Origin: Eledone cirrhosa | Taxonomy: Eukaryota | Assembly: GCA_964016885.1 (NCBI GenBank) | Contig: OZ024740.1 | Span: 177,816,001-177,880,000 of the forward strand | Length of the DNA: 64,000 nt | Direction: 5' to 3' | Shown here: positions 43,664 to 57,990 of the stretch, piece after piece | How positions within the stretch are numbered: the first letter of the stretch is position 1 | How the letters are laid out: the number at the start of each line of letters is the position of its first letter | Translations under genes and position numbers: made by a program | Notes under the pieces: generated by a model | Databases searched by the model: none | Told to the model about the DNA's origin: nothing | The model's input: only the letters and a program-made list of their open reading frames with translations

Positions 43664-45652
43664 GCTGGAAGAGGGGAAGGAAAGCTATAAGTAATTAACA
43701 CGTGTGCGTGTGCGTGTGCGTGCGCGCGTGTGTGTGTGTGTGCGTGTGTGTGTGTGTGCGTGCGCGTGTGTGTGTGTGCGTGTGTGTGTGTGTGTGTGTT
43801 CGCGTAGGGTTCCATTATGAGTTAAATCTATTAACATGTGTGTGTGAGTTTGCGTGCGTTTCTGCGTTTGCGTGCTTCAGTGTGTGTGTGTACTTGCGTG
43901 TGGCGTTTCATTTACGCCATTTTTGTCACTGACAACATATTCACTAACTTACATTCATTCCAACCGCTGCTCTTACTGTTACCCCTCTCCCTATACATAC
44001 ACCGTTCGGAAATCACATGCATCGGTTTTTAATTCCTCTCCTCTGTGGCGCCATGTCAGGACACTGATTCTTATAACCAACATGAGAGTTCAATTACACG
44101 GCGACCAAACGTCCGCAGAATTTGCACAGGACATTTTGAAACTTGGCGACGGCAAAATACCTCTGGACGCTGCAGGAGAGTTGGAAGTGTGGCCATTTTC
44201 GACCTCAGTTAATTCTGCGGGGGAACTGAAAGACAAAGTGTTTCCAGATTTGAGAGACAATTACCAGAACCACGCATGGTTGTGTGAAAGAGCAGTGCTA
44301 GCTCCAAAAAACGTTGCTGTTAACAAAACCAACGACCAACTACTGCACTCCCTTCCTGGTGTTCTTCACACTTACAAATCTGTTGACACGATGCCAGATT
44401 CCAATGAAGAGGTGAACTTTCCGCCGGAGTTCCTCAATTCTTTGGAGTCCCCAAGACTACCGCTTCACATGCTTCTCCTTAAAGTTGGCACCCCTGTAAT
44501 GCTGCTGCGGAATTTGGAACCACCAAGAATGTGCAACGGGACACGGCTGGCTGTAAAAAAATTGATGGCACATGTAATCGAGGCAACAATCCTTTCTGGA
44601 TGCGGAAAAGGTGATGATGTCTTCATTCCGAGAATTCCTCTCATTCCCTCGGGAGCAGAAATTTCGTTCACCTTCCGAAGACTCCAATTTCCACTTCGGG
44701 TCAGTTTTGCTATGTCCATCAACAAGTCCCAGAGCCAGACTCTTTCTGTGGCCGAACTTCTTCTGGAAGAACCGTGTTTCTCCCACGGACAATTGTACGT
44801 TGAGTACTCTAGAGTGGGCAGCAGGGAAAGTCTTTTCGCATTTGAACGCCGAGGAAAAACAAGAAACATCGTTTACAACGAGGTGTTGTAAATGCAACAG
44901 CGAGGAGATAGGTCAGTAATCACCATTTCTTTAGCCAGCCTGATGAGCTTTTAACTAAAACGTATGTTTCCCTCGGTTAAAGGTAATCGCCTTCAGAGAG
45001 GAACCCAGCTTGACAATCGGCGCGGTAATTTAAGGCGGCTGAACAAATCGTGAACGCATACAGAGTCATTCTAATGGCTGCCAATGAACGCAACTGAAGT
45101 ACTTTTTGCGGCCGTTGGAGAACGCAGACCTTTCAAGGGCTGCAAGTGAACGATCAAACGGCCCTTTTATGGCCGAAATTGTTGATGGTGAGCCCTCATT
45201 TTTAGGGTGTCAGTGAACGCACACACAACCCTATTTAAGAGGCCCTACTTAAAATTGTTTGATGGCTACTGCAATGGTAAATTCATATCGACCAGCATCT
45301 GCTAAAACAGTGTTATCAGCGCTACAATGGACAGACAGGTACGTTATCGCTCTTCTTAACAAGCCCTGTTTACCTTTACTTATTTTTCCTAACAACATTT
45401 GCTTCCTTTGGTTAAAGGTGAACACACACACGACCCTTTCTTAGCCCCCCTCCCCTTCTTCATGAAATTGGAAATTTATTTTGCTCACAAAAATTTTTTT
45501 TTTTATGAACTCAGAATTGATTTCATCGTGTGTCCCAATTGAAGAATAAATTGAATTTTGAAGAACACATTTCTATACAATATATTTTACTCTTTTCTTC
45601 TAATATGTAAGGAACAATTTCATTCCCGGGCAACGCCAGGTGCCTATGCTAG
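42860..45652 (+). mobile_element. Helitron, internally deleted
   Basis: 5' end tatataaaacagaggatgtctgtc..aaaactcgaga (exact start hidden in (TA)n); 3' ccgggcaacgccagg followed by CTAG|T at 45649-45652; helicase ORF inside. Confidence 0.85.
44030..44891 (+). pseudogene. Helitron RepHel PIF1-like helicase, C-terminal fragment
   Basis: S.LW..V..L.L.TNMR, WLCERAVLAPKN, LKVGTPVMLLRNL.PP..CNGTRL, FIPRIPL.P, RLQFP.R.SFAMSINKSQ.QTL, FSHGQLYV..SRV, T.NIVY.EVL. Confidence 0.92.
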
Positions 45653-45761
45653 TATATATATAAAAACATATATATGTATACATATAAATATATATATATA
45701 CATATATATATATATGTATATAATAAAGAAGAAATTTAAAGATGGTTAAAAGAGTTCCATA

Positions 45762-45831
45762 TATTTTATTATGCGCATTTCGAATACAAAATCATCCTGG
45801 GACAAAAATTGTGTTCTCATCAGATAAAATA
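45762..45831 (-). ncRNA. type I hammerhead ribozyme with intact core (PLE pLTR-type)
   Basis: tattttat-CTGATGA-gaacacaa...ttgtattc-GAAA-TGCGC-ATA-ataaaata; 8-bp stem I and palindromic stem III ATGCGCAT. Confidence 0.8.
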
Positions 45832-46010
45832 AGGTAACATGATATGAGGCATAATAGCACTTGTTTACAGGAAAGTGCTAAGTCTACATATGATACTATA
45901 GTAAGTAATAGATAGGAAAATAGAAGAAAAGGAAAGAAGAGGAGAAAAAGGAAAAAGAAAGAGAAGAAAGGAAGAAAGAAGAAAAAAGGAAGAGAGAGAG
46001 AAAGAGAGGG

Positions 46011-46080
<70 letters not shown>

Positions 46081-46226
46081 TTGATCAGGAACGCTGTCAA
46101 AATGAAAACAGCTTCTTTATTATATATACTCCAGTTCTACCAACTGTTGAGTGCTACTTATCTGATATATGCATAGTTTTGTCGTTCTACAATATTACTC
46201 TCCTTCTAAATATATATATGTATATA

Positions 46227-46288
<62 letters not shown>

Positions 46289-46334
46289 CATATGAACAAA
46301 TATATATATACATACATATGTATATATGTATATG

Positions 46335-46438
<104 letters not shown>

Positions 46439-46439
46439 G

Positions 46440-46474
<35 letters not shown>

Positions 46475-46511
46475 CCTCTCTCTCTCTCTCTCTTTATATA
46501 TATATATATAC

Positions 46512-46574
<63 letters not shown>

Positions 46575-46972
46575 ATGAGCGTGGCAAGAGGCGAGGGAGG
46601 GGTTGTATACAATATACAAAGAAACAAGTGGCCAGGCTCACCTTTCTAGCCGCGACACACACGTGTACTTAATCTGAATGCGTGACTATGCATTTATATA
46701 CAAGACTTGGTTGTTTTTATTTGATCTTCTATTGGTGCAACTTCGTTGATGGGTGCAACCACAAATATGACACCACCACTTACTCATACACACACACGTG
46801 TATTATATAAATATATATGTATACATATATATACATATATATTTATATAATACAGTTCCTATATATATACTGGTTCCTATATATATATATATATATATAG
46901 CCGAGCTTCTCAAGGGCTAATTCCATATATGGTCAAAGTGATTGTCAAAAGGTAGTAGTAATTCTGTGATTG

Positions 46973-47011
<39 letters not shown>

Positions 47012-47273
47012 GCTGGCCCCAAAATGCTGTTGAAGTGTGTATACATTTTTGAGGTACACCCTTTATATATATTTATATATATATATAGGGAAAATGTTTA
47101 ACCCCGACGGCCGAGCTCAAACCGTTTCGACGGCTATTTCAGAAATAGCCGTCGAAACGGCTTGAGCTCTGTCGTCGGGGTTAAAATTTTTCCTATTACC
47201 GACTCTACTTCCCTAACTATTGAGTACTCTGGTGCGTTATGGTCCATCTGGTTCCTTACCACACTTTCTTCGT

Positions 47274-47335
<62 letters not shown>

Positions 47336-47594
47336 TATTGGAAAATGTGTGTAATCCTTGGTACAGTTAGGTATATTAAGACAGGGGGGAAGAAAAAAAT
47401 GGCTTCACTTGTGCTTTCAACAAATTTATTTTCTTCACAAAATCCCAAAAGAATTTTTTTCCGGATTAGAAAAAATTTCTTTATTTTTTTTAAAGAATTT
47501 TTTCTAATCCGGAAAAAAATTCTTTTTGGATTTTGTGAAGAAAATAAATTTGTTGAAAGCACAAGTGAAGCCATTTTTTTCTTCCCCGCTGTCT

Positions 47595-47625
<31 letters not shown>

Positions 47626-47788
47626 TTCCAACTTTGTATTTTGAAAATTCGGATGCCACAGTATCTTTCTTGATTGCCTATTATAACATAGTGTAGCAAT
47701 AATGGACTGAAATTCTGATGAAACAATTGTAAATACGTGGATTAAATTCTTTTGTAATTGTTTACCTTCGTCCTATTTCTCTTCTTTG

Positions 47789-47857
<69 letters not shown>

Positions 47858-48177
47858 ATTATTATTATTATTACAACAGTGACATATACAGATACTCAAG
47901 TTTCGTTGGGTTCTGTTCATAAGTACCTGTTTATGTCAATGTTGTAATTATTTATATTAAACTCGTCCCATGGACTGAGTGCTCTTACTCTGGTCTATTT
48001 CCACTTATATATCAAGTTTAATATTGAAATGGCTTCTACAGAACTAGAACTGTTTCATTCAAAATACATCACCAGGAAACAGTTCTAGTTCTGCAGAAGC
48101 CATTTCAATATTAAACTTGATGTTTACACTCTACTAATGTATTGAGTACCTGTGGTTACCCCCGATTGAACCCGGTA

Positions 48178-48215
<38 letters not shown>

Positions 48216-48267
48216 TATATATATATATCTACATATATATATATATATACAGAGAGATAGATAGATA

Positions 48268-48319
<52 letters not shown>

Positions 48320-48329
48320 AGCAAGAAAG

Positions 48330-48800
48330 ACAGGAATACAATTACACAAAGTCTTATTAGTTTCACGCTTGCTAGAAAAGAAGATCGAGTGTTTCAACGT
48401 AACAGACATTAGTCCTTCATCGGGAAAAGGCAAACTTAGGAAAAAGAGGAGATAGGGAAGATTAAGGGTAAAAATGTTTCTTAAGATTAGTGAGGTGGGC
48501 TGGCAAGAAGTCCGGTCTATGGGGGTGGGTACCAAGGCGGAGTGTCAGAATCTATCAATAGTTGAGGCGAAAAATTCACGAGATGAGATGATGGCAGCGG
48601 TTGAGGAAGGTGGTGTGGCTTGAATACCAGGTTTTAGAGAAAAGAATGTAAGACAGTTCGAATGCTGAAGGTGGAAAGGGGGCGAGGAAAAGTTTTAAAC
48701 GGGAGTGGATATGGAGGAGGAAGGTACTTTCTTTTGCATTTTTGCGGCAGAAAAAGTGGGAGTTCAAAGAGAAGGGAAGGTCGCAGAAGATTACTGCAGT
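48330..48800 (-). mobile_element. PLE-like 3' fragment with decayed hammerhead
   Basis: Minus strand CCGATGAagg...GAAAcacTC at about 48385-48425; pyrimidine-rich 3' UTR. Confidence 0.4.
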
Positions 48801-50180
48801 GCAATATGCTTATATGTACATACATATGCGCACACAAATCTTAAGACCCTATTGGTCACGAATTACAATGGTTTTGCACCTAGAAATTTTCCTTCCTAGG
48901 CATAAGCCAGAGCAAGGTTTGTTTGTGGAAGACCAACAGTTGCCCATGCATACCAGTCTCCCCTCTCCACGCCAGGGGTGTTGTCCAAGGGAAAGGCAAA
49001 GGCTGATACAGCTTGACACCAGTGACGTCGCAACTCATTTCTACAGCTTAGTGAACTGGAGCAACCTGAAATAAAGTGTTTTACATCACCCGAGAATGGA
49101 ACTTACAACCTCTCATTTGCAAGCCCAACGCTCTAACCACTAAGCCATGCCCACACAAATAAACACTTATAAATACATGATACACACTGGCATATGGTGA
49201 CACACCTATACATATACCGCCAACAATCTCTCTCTCTTATGCACATACGTTTACAATACACACACATTTAGATACGTATATATAGGCACATATACACATA
49301 GACACACACATGCATGTAGGAACACAAATGCATGCGCGCGTGCATACAAGTACCCAAACGCATTGACATAACTAAGCTCATACACATCGTAACTATAAGC
49401 ATATTTCCTGGCACACACGCCCGTGAACAACGCAATGGAGCCAATGAAGGAACCTTTAGTCTATTCCTCTAACTGAATCACAGAATTCTTTTGATCCTAT
49501 GTTCGATGGGTGTTACTCTGGGACTAAACAACAACAACAACAACAACAACAAATATTAGTTAATTCATTTCCCAACATCATCCTGATATTTTGTGCACCT
49601 TTACTATCAATCCGCATCCCTTACCATCCTCCGGGGAAACGCCTTCTCCATTCTGTCCGCCGGGGCTGTGGGGAGGCCAGCACGTGGGACCCCATTTGCT
49701 CACCATACGGAGAGATGGGGATGACGCGAGAGATGGAGGCGATGACAGTGGGAGTTCGGCCCTTCCACGTTCGGACCATCTCCTTGTGGTTAAGTTCATC
49801 AAGTCCTAATGTAGTAATGAAATCAGTGCCTTGTGAGTGGGATATAAACTGTAGATATTGACTTATGTAAATGTTTAAAGTTATCATCATATTATCTGTA
49901 AACTATGTAAACTATTTTTTCAGCCTGTGACCACCTGCTATTAATATAACACCATAGTAGCATGCTGTCCCCGAATCGAATTTTCTATTATCTATCTTCT
50001 ATTCTTTTCTCTTTCATTCTTTGTTACATAATTCTATAAATAACACCTGAAATAATCGCCATGTCTTGCATCATAACCGGATAATGGAGCAGGGCCATCG
50101 GAATATGTATAGCGTTTTCACGGAATGAAAATTCCTGTAAAGTAAATTTTCCAGTCAGGCCTTCTGTTGTTGTTTTAATG

Positions 50181-50220
<40 letters not shown>

Positions 50221-50378
50221 TATATATATGTGTGTGTGCGTGCGTGTGTGTGTGTGTGCTTGTGTGTGTGTATATATATACACACAGGGTGTCCCCCAAC
50301 AATGTATACACACTTCAACAACATTGTAATAAATATTGCCTGTACAGGTAATCAAAGTGTGTATACATTTTATATGTA

Positions 50379-50420
<42 letters not shown>

Positions 50421-50434
50421 CATATTTGTGTGTG

Positions 50435-50477
<43 letters not shown>

Positions 50478-50545
50478 ATCTGTATACATATATTTATGTA
50501 TATATATACACAAATATATATATACATACATATATGTATACAGAT

Positions 50546-50594
<49 letters not shown>

Positions 50595-50753
50595 CACACA
50601 CACAAATATGTATGTATGTATATATATATATATATACACACATAAAATGTATACACACTTTGATTACCTGTACAGGCAATATTTATTAGAATGTTGTTGA
50701 AGTGTGTATACATTGTTGGGGGACACCCTGTGTGTGTATATATATACACACAC

Positions 50754-50832
<79 letters not shown>

Positions 50833-51574
50833 ACTTGTGTAACGATCCTGAGAACTAGGTCTCACCAGCTCACTATTCGAGCCACGCTCAAGCCATCCAT
50901 TTAGATTTATTTATGTGATAACTAACTAAAAAGAAAAGCGTCAGGCGTCAGCCAACCGAAATATTCCATCTTCCTTATTTACAATGCTTATAGACTTTTG
51001 TATATACACGTGTCAATTATATCACCAAGTACCAGAGCGTAACAGAGTGCATGTGTATGATAAAAGCAACGATGTTGTTTACACATTCCGAATGAATGCA
51101 CCTTTTCGACATAAAAGCCACGTCGTGTGAACCTTCGCGCAGTAGTTTACCCTTGCTTCTATTTTAGTTACCGCTTCTTCTACTATTACTGTAACTGTAA
51201 TTATTATTATTGTTGTTGTTATTGCTGTTGTTCATCAGTTAAGGCGCCTGTGGATGTGCTTCAAGGACGTTATGTAAGTTTACATCCTTCCATACACGTG
51301 TCGCACTGAATCGCAGTAGTCAAACTGGCTGAGATAAGCTTGTGAAAAATTACTTGTACACTATATCATCACATTTGATCTTCTGTTGCTCAGAGGTTTT
51401 CTGTCACTTCATGCTTCTGTTGTACACATCTTCTCTGCATAAGCTTTACTCGCTTTCACTTTCTCAACAACCTGAGACCAACTCATACGTAAGAAGAAGT
51501 CATACTGTATGCCTCCTTGTCTTCCTTGAACCCTCAATTCCTGATTTTTTCCATGGTGAGAAAGATATAGATAT

Positions 51575-51661
<87 letters not shown>

Positions 51662-52803
51662 CAACAAGAGAAATGGGGTACTCGACTATTACTGTAACAA
51701 TCCTGAATGAATAAAAAAGATGAGTTGGACTCAGGACTCAGAGATATTGAACGAATAGCAGAAAGACATTTTATCCGACTCTCTATCGATTCTGCTAATT
51801 CGCATAGTTTGTATTGTATACCACCAAAGCATTTATCGATTATATAGTAGAGAAGTACATATTTCTCCACGATACATATTCCAGAAAAAGAAAGAACTAG
51901 TATTATAAAAGCTTTGGACCTTTTCGTACCATTTCTGTATAACATCTGACCTTACGAGAAAGCGGAGATCAAGTAGATACGGACTGTTGCTGCTCTTGTT
52001 ATTCTCATATGGATTTAGGCATGGCTGAATGGTCAAGAAGTTCATTTCGTAATTATGAGCTTTCGCCTGAGGAAGGAGACCTGTGAGGCAGGGTGGCAGT
52101 TGCAACGGGTGTCACTGGTCATTCTCCGTGGCAATGCCTTCGCCATTTTATCTGCGACGCACAGCCGAATCACCGTACCGCTGGAGACTGTCTGTCCCTC
52201 CCTTAATTCTCTGTTTTTCTGTTTCTTCTTTCCATTTCTTTCTTTCTTTCTTTCTTTTTGTTTCATTTAAATATTATTTCTTATTATATATATCATTGAA
52301 TATATATATGTTTCCATTTTGAGTATGCTGCTAGAGGCTGATATGCTGAATCTCCCTGAGAACTACCTTAAGGGTACACGTGTCTGGGGAATGCTCAGCT
52401 CCTTGCAAGTTAATTTTACGAGCGGGGTGTGCCGTTGTTTGAATAACTAGAACACTCATCGTTGGAACCGACGGAGGTTCAACAATAACATCCTTGGCTG
52501 GGTTCGCTGAACTATAACTGAACTGACTGTAGCTCAACTCAGTCCATTCTTTCAAGAACATTCATTTCCTTTCTCTGGTGAACAGAGTGCAGTGAAAGTC
52601 GCACCCATTGTATCATCCAGTGCACGGCAGAAGCGCCTCAATTATATTTTCTCTCTCTCTAGCTATCTATCTATATATCTTTCTTCTTATCCCCCCCTCT
52701 GTCTCTGAGTGGATGTGTGTGTGTATTTTATGTGTATGAATGTATTTTATGTGTGTGTGTCTTTGTGTGTTATTGTATGTGTGTGTGTGTCTTTGTGTGT
52801 TAT

Positions 52804-52841
<38 letters not shown>

Positions 52842-53798
52842 TTTGTGTGTTATTGTATGTGTGTATGTTGTTTTCCTTCGGTGCATTTTATTCGTTTGGT
52901 TAGTGTTAAATGTTTTGCTATGATTGTGATAGTGTTGTTATTGTTGTTGATACGATGAGGGTAGTGAGTAGTAAGTAACATTGTAGCTATTGTTTTCAGT
53001 GGCCGTGCTTTAGTTGTTGGTCTTATTGTTATCGTCGGCCTTGTTGTTGATATCGTTGGTGACGATGGCAGTGGTGGAGGCAGTGTAAGTGGAAGGTAGT
53101 GGTGGTATAGGAGGTGGCGGCGGTGTATGTGGAAGGAGAATAAGATGAAAAGAAAGCCGAAAAGAAATATCTCTATATATAAATACATAAGATTATTTGT
53201 CTCTCTGTTCCCATGCATTCTCAAACGGCTCGACTAAATCAAATCAAATTTTACAAGGTATTACACCCCGGGGGTGTCAATATGTAATTTTTATTTTCAT
53301 TTGGATTAAAACAATATAACATTTTATCTAAAATAATATTTCTATAGTCAATTATTGTAAACTCCACCACCACCACGACGTCACATTTTGTATATGAGTG
53401 TGTATGCATCTGTGAGTGTGTGTGTGATTGCGAGTTCATTACGTACGTTAGGCCTCAGAGAATTAAACACACACACACACACACATCTACACATACATAT
53501 AGCCTTAATAAGCTGCATACACATTATCTTCACACACAGAGAATTAAACACACACTCACACATCTGCACATAAATATACATATGTGTAGACTGACAAGTA
53601 ATAGGTGTGCGTGAATGTATGTCTGTCTTACTATATGTATGTGAGTGTATGTGTGATAATTTTTATTTTAACGTTAGGCCTCAGAAAATTAATATATATC
53701 AGACCGGCCAATCTCTAAAAACCCAAATGGAGAGCACCATGAAAAAAAGTGCTCCAAAACGGGGAGAAATGAGGCAAAATGGGGAGATTTTACATAAT

Positions 53799-53988
53799 TG
53801 TTTCTATTTTTGGCACAATGCCAGCAATTATCCAGTACATTACTGGTACTTTATTTTATCGACCCCGTAAGGATGAAAGGCAAAGTTAATCTTGGCGGGA
53901 TTTGAACTCAGATCATAAAGGGACGTAACTCTATGCTTCAAAGCATGGTATCCGACTCTCTACCGATACTGCCAATCCACCGCCCTTA
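53799..53988 (-). mobile_element. SINE with 17-bp TSD, inserted in another repeat
   Basis: gggagattttacataat (53782-53798) / gggaggttttacataat (53989-54005); uninterrupted relative on the opposite strand at 34030-34205. Confidence 0.85.
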
Positions 53989-55398
53989 GGGAGGTTTTAC
54001 ATAATGAAAGCTATACCCATTTTCACAAGAGAAGACATCTGTCACCCACCCCAAAGTGGGTGGGAGATCTCCCCGTTGGATGGAGGAGCTGAGAAGTCTG
54101 TTGTATATATATATTACTAACAAATAGTTTTATTGCTCTACATGGTTGAATACAAGAAATGTAAATCTGAGTTGTTCGAACTCTGATTTACATTTTATAT
54201 ATATATATATAATTTTTGATGATCTAGTGTTAAAGAATAAAAACTAATGATAAACTATATATATATCTTTTAAAAATGCAGCCCTCAAGCATGTGTGACT
54301 TTTAGCTATAGCTTATTTAGCTTGTAGGTATGTCCAGTAATGCATACAGCTATGTGTGGACAGATCGACAGCGAGTGCCCAAGCATGTAATAGATAAATC
54401 CTTTGTCTAGGAGTGTCTAAAATCTAAAAGCAACAAACAAGGGACATAACACCAATAAGATAAGCTAATTGAAATCTTTGGACATACTACTATTATTACT
54501 AATATGGTAGGGACTGTGAATTGGCAGAAAATACAAATAAATAAATAAGTAAATAAGTGTTGATGTTCTCTCTTTCACTCACTGCCTCTGTCTCTCTCTC
54601 CATCTCTCACTATTATATGCAACTGGGAGCACACGCTTTAGCCGCCCACAGACAGATGAGATCTAGTCTTACATGATTTAAACATACAATGTATATGGAC
54701 ATACATAAACAATGAAAAAATCATTCTATTTTGCAACTATACCATTATCTTTAGGTGTAATTAGTTATATGAACTTTCCCCCAAAAGTTCTTTACAACTT
54801 GCCATATTTGTCAGCTATCAAACTTACCCGGGTATTTTACCCTTGAATTGAGCTTAGCCACCTGGCTTGGGCAAAGCTGACAACTGGCTCACGGCAGATG
54901 TGAAATGTAGGCCACATTTCAAATGGCTCATTAACTACTTTAGTAATCAATGCAAAATACATATGATTTATGTTTAGGGATACCTGTATATATATATATA
55001 TATATGTACATCTAGAGTACATATACATATGTACATGTAGAGTACTTTCAGGTGACAGACCAGAATAAAAGAACTAGAACTTAAGTGGAGTGTGTCCCTT
55101 AAAGTTGTAAGTCAATGCTAACTGGCCTACATGTTTCTCTATGCTCTGTTCTGGCCAGCTTACCACACACTTTTGGTTAAATTTCAAAGCAACCTATCCC
55201 TCAAGTCAAAGAACACTTTCTATTACCATCTATCATACATAATGTAAGAAAAAATAATGAAAGCAGAAAAGTAGAAATAATAAAAAACAAACAAAGATGC
55301 AAATAAGAATATAAAGAAAGCTTGAATTTATTTGAAAGGTATTAGAATATACCAAATACAAGTGAAATATAACATATATGGAGTGTTCTCTGTCCCTC

Positions 55399-55617
55399 TC
55401 ATCTCAATTGTTGGCGATTAATAATAGGACCTCCTTTAATGGGAGATGACACAGCAGTTTTAGTAAGTTGACAGTTTTCTAGTACAAAATCTCTGAAAGG
55501 ACCCTTAAGCTGTGGCATAGGATGAGGTCTTGCTATAGGTGGCTTTGATTTTCCTGAGGGAGGTTCATATTTTGCAAGGTAAGCCCAGATATCGTAAGTC
55601 CACTGCATTGAATCCGT
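55399..55617 (-). CDS. CFAP47: cilia- and flagella-associated protein 47-like, terminal coding exon
   Basis: ttccag|ACG acceptor, phase 0; TDSMQWTYDIWAY...RDFVLENCQLTKTAVSSPIKGGPI* resembles the CFAP47 C-terminus as recalled. Confidence 0.8.
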   Translation of the reverse strand, partial: TDSMQWTYDIWAYLAKYEPPSGKSKPPIARPHPMPQLKGPFRDFVLENCQLTKTAVSSPIKGGPIINRQQLR

Positions 55618-56235
55618 CTGGAAGTGTAAACAAATAAAATGAATAGATAATTTGTGCAAGTGTTTGTATATATCGATAGTCGATCGACAAGATCCCAGAC
55701 CTCATCAAATCGGACTGAGGAAACAATGTTGCCATTGGTTTTTCCATTTGCTAATGCAATCTAGCAGTCGCAAATCCAGGCAGAAGAAGCAACATGAAAT
55801 AAAGTGTCTTGCTCATGGACATAAGGACATAGTGCATCGCCTGGTCCAGTAATCAAACTCACAACCTCACAATTGCAAATCCAATTCTTTAACCACTCAG
55901 CCACGCGCCTTCACTATACATATAATTTAAATGTAAAAGATATATGTATATATATATAGAGAGAGAGAAAGGACTATATGTCCTAGAGAATACACAATAT
56001 ATTGTATATATACAAAGCACATATTTCAAACAGATATATGTACTAGAGTGCATATATCTCTTTGTACATATACAATATATTGTGTATTCTCTAAGATATA
56101 TGTGCTTTCTCTCTCTATATATATACATATATGTTTTATATTTGAAATATTATGGCTCTGGTCAAAGCCTATTGAGATTGTTTATAGAGAAGCACAAAAA
56201 TGAAACATATTTGATATGTCTTGATTCCTCACATT

Positions 56236-56269
<34 letters not shown>

Positions 56270-56396
56270 CACACACATAATCAATTTACAGTACAAAGAA
56301 CTCGTAATCTTTCAATAATTATATTTAGCCATCTCATTGTAGTGTAAATTTTTCCCAACTAGTATATATATATATATATATGGATGTTAAACGATG

Positions 56397-56449
<53 letters not shown>

Positions 56450-56454
<5 letters not shown>

Positions 56455-57133
56455 GTGTCAGAAAAGTAACAGGACATAATGCACTGTGAATTGAGTATAA
56501 ATTAGTGGGTTACATCACCTTGTGACATCATATCCAGGGAGTATATAACTTCAATCTCAGCTGTTGTATGTTTTTTCACATGCCTTTGTTAACAGCTCCT
56601 CAATTTTAGGCCATCAAGTAATGGGCTTCTACTCCAACTGGGGAAAACTCCATCAGAAAACTGCAGCAAGTGTACGGAGATGAAATTATGTTGAGCTCAC
56701 AGGCTTTTGAGTGGCACAAAAGGTTCAAAGAAAGCTATGAGAGCAGAAAGACTTCAACAAGCATGACTGAGGCCAACATTCAGTGCATGAGGCAAGTAAT
56801 GTGTGGCATCATCAATAGCATTAGGAAGATTATCACAGAAGATCTGCTCAAGGATTTTGTCGAAGCATGCAGGTGTGTCATGACATCCTCAAGTACTGAA
56901 CCAGACTTTTTCCTTTTTCCCAAGCTCAAAAGGATCATTTAAAGGGACCTGTTTCCTGGACATGGAAGCCCTCAAGAAGGCTGAGACGATGGAGTTGGGG
57001 AAGATCCTTCCATGAGTGCATGGAGGCATGGCGAAGAAGAATGGGAAAGTGCATTAGATTTAAGGGGGATTATTTCGAAGGGAAAAACTTGTATTTTGTG
57101 ATCTCAGTCCTGTTTCTTTTCTGACACACCAAT
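56450..57133 (+). mobile_element. mariner-type transposon remnant (intronic)
   Basis: TIRs ggtgtgtcagaaaag.aacaggac / gtcctgtt.cttttctgacacacc; VYGDE..SQAFEWHKRFKE HTH and DFFLFPKLK motifs. Confidence 0.8.
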
Positions 57134-57990
57134 TGTGTGTGTGTATATATATACATTGTCAATGTGGTTGGTGTTAGGAAGGGTATCCAGCTGTAAAATA
57201 CCAGGCCAAATTTATAGTCCTTGGCGGAGCATGGTGCGACATGGCCAACCATGGCCAGACTTGCTTCCTGGCATGGACGACCCGTCTAACCATGCAAGCA
57301 TTGGAAGAATTGACACTAAATGGAAATGATGATGATGATGATGATGATAATTATATTATATTGTATTAATCAGAGTAGCAATAGAGAATAACATCTACTT
57401 AGCAGCTAAGTTCCACTTCTGTGCATGCTTTTTTTTCTTCGACCCATATCACTATATCTATTCTGCTATGTTTACATTTTATTGGGTTTGAACTGGAACA
57501 TCCCACGAGCACTTATTCATATTATGTATGTGCATACCTCCTACATCACTGTAACTTCACATATCTTTATTCTACAGATTGCATTGTATAGTGTTTTGGC
57601 CATTCCATCGTTTATTCTGGCTAAACTCCATCTTTCAAGAATTTCATAACTAGGTCAATATTTTTCTTCATACCATGTATATTCTTGCCATAAAGTTACA
57701 GGTCATCCACAATGAAGCTATGTGCCTGGTTAGTGTTTTTGGCCTCCTGTGAAGCAATTGCGTACCCTTCATATTTCCTCAGCATAAAGGACAAGGGGTT
57801 TACTGACAATATAAACAGCATCAAAGAGAGAGACTGCATCTTTAAAATATACCCCTGAGACATACTATTTTATTGTAATTTTTTTGTATGTATGTATGTG
57901 TACATATATGTATGAAGGTGTGTGTTTGTATGTATGTGTGTATAAATGTATGCATGCATTGCTTACAGTTGATGACAATCATCTACTTAC

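Noticed and set aside
43854-44030. N-terminal extension of the helicase ORF
   Set aside because: Mostly chance open frame through GT-rich repeat; helicase similarity starts near 44030
44935-44975. CTGATGAG in the Helitron 3' region as a hammerhead
   Set aside because: No downstream GAAA with a closing stem II, and no stem I partner
49499-50030. Solo LTR
   Set aside because: GC-richer segment with a TATA-like box, but no clear TG..CA boundaries with TSD and no second copy
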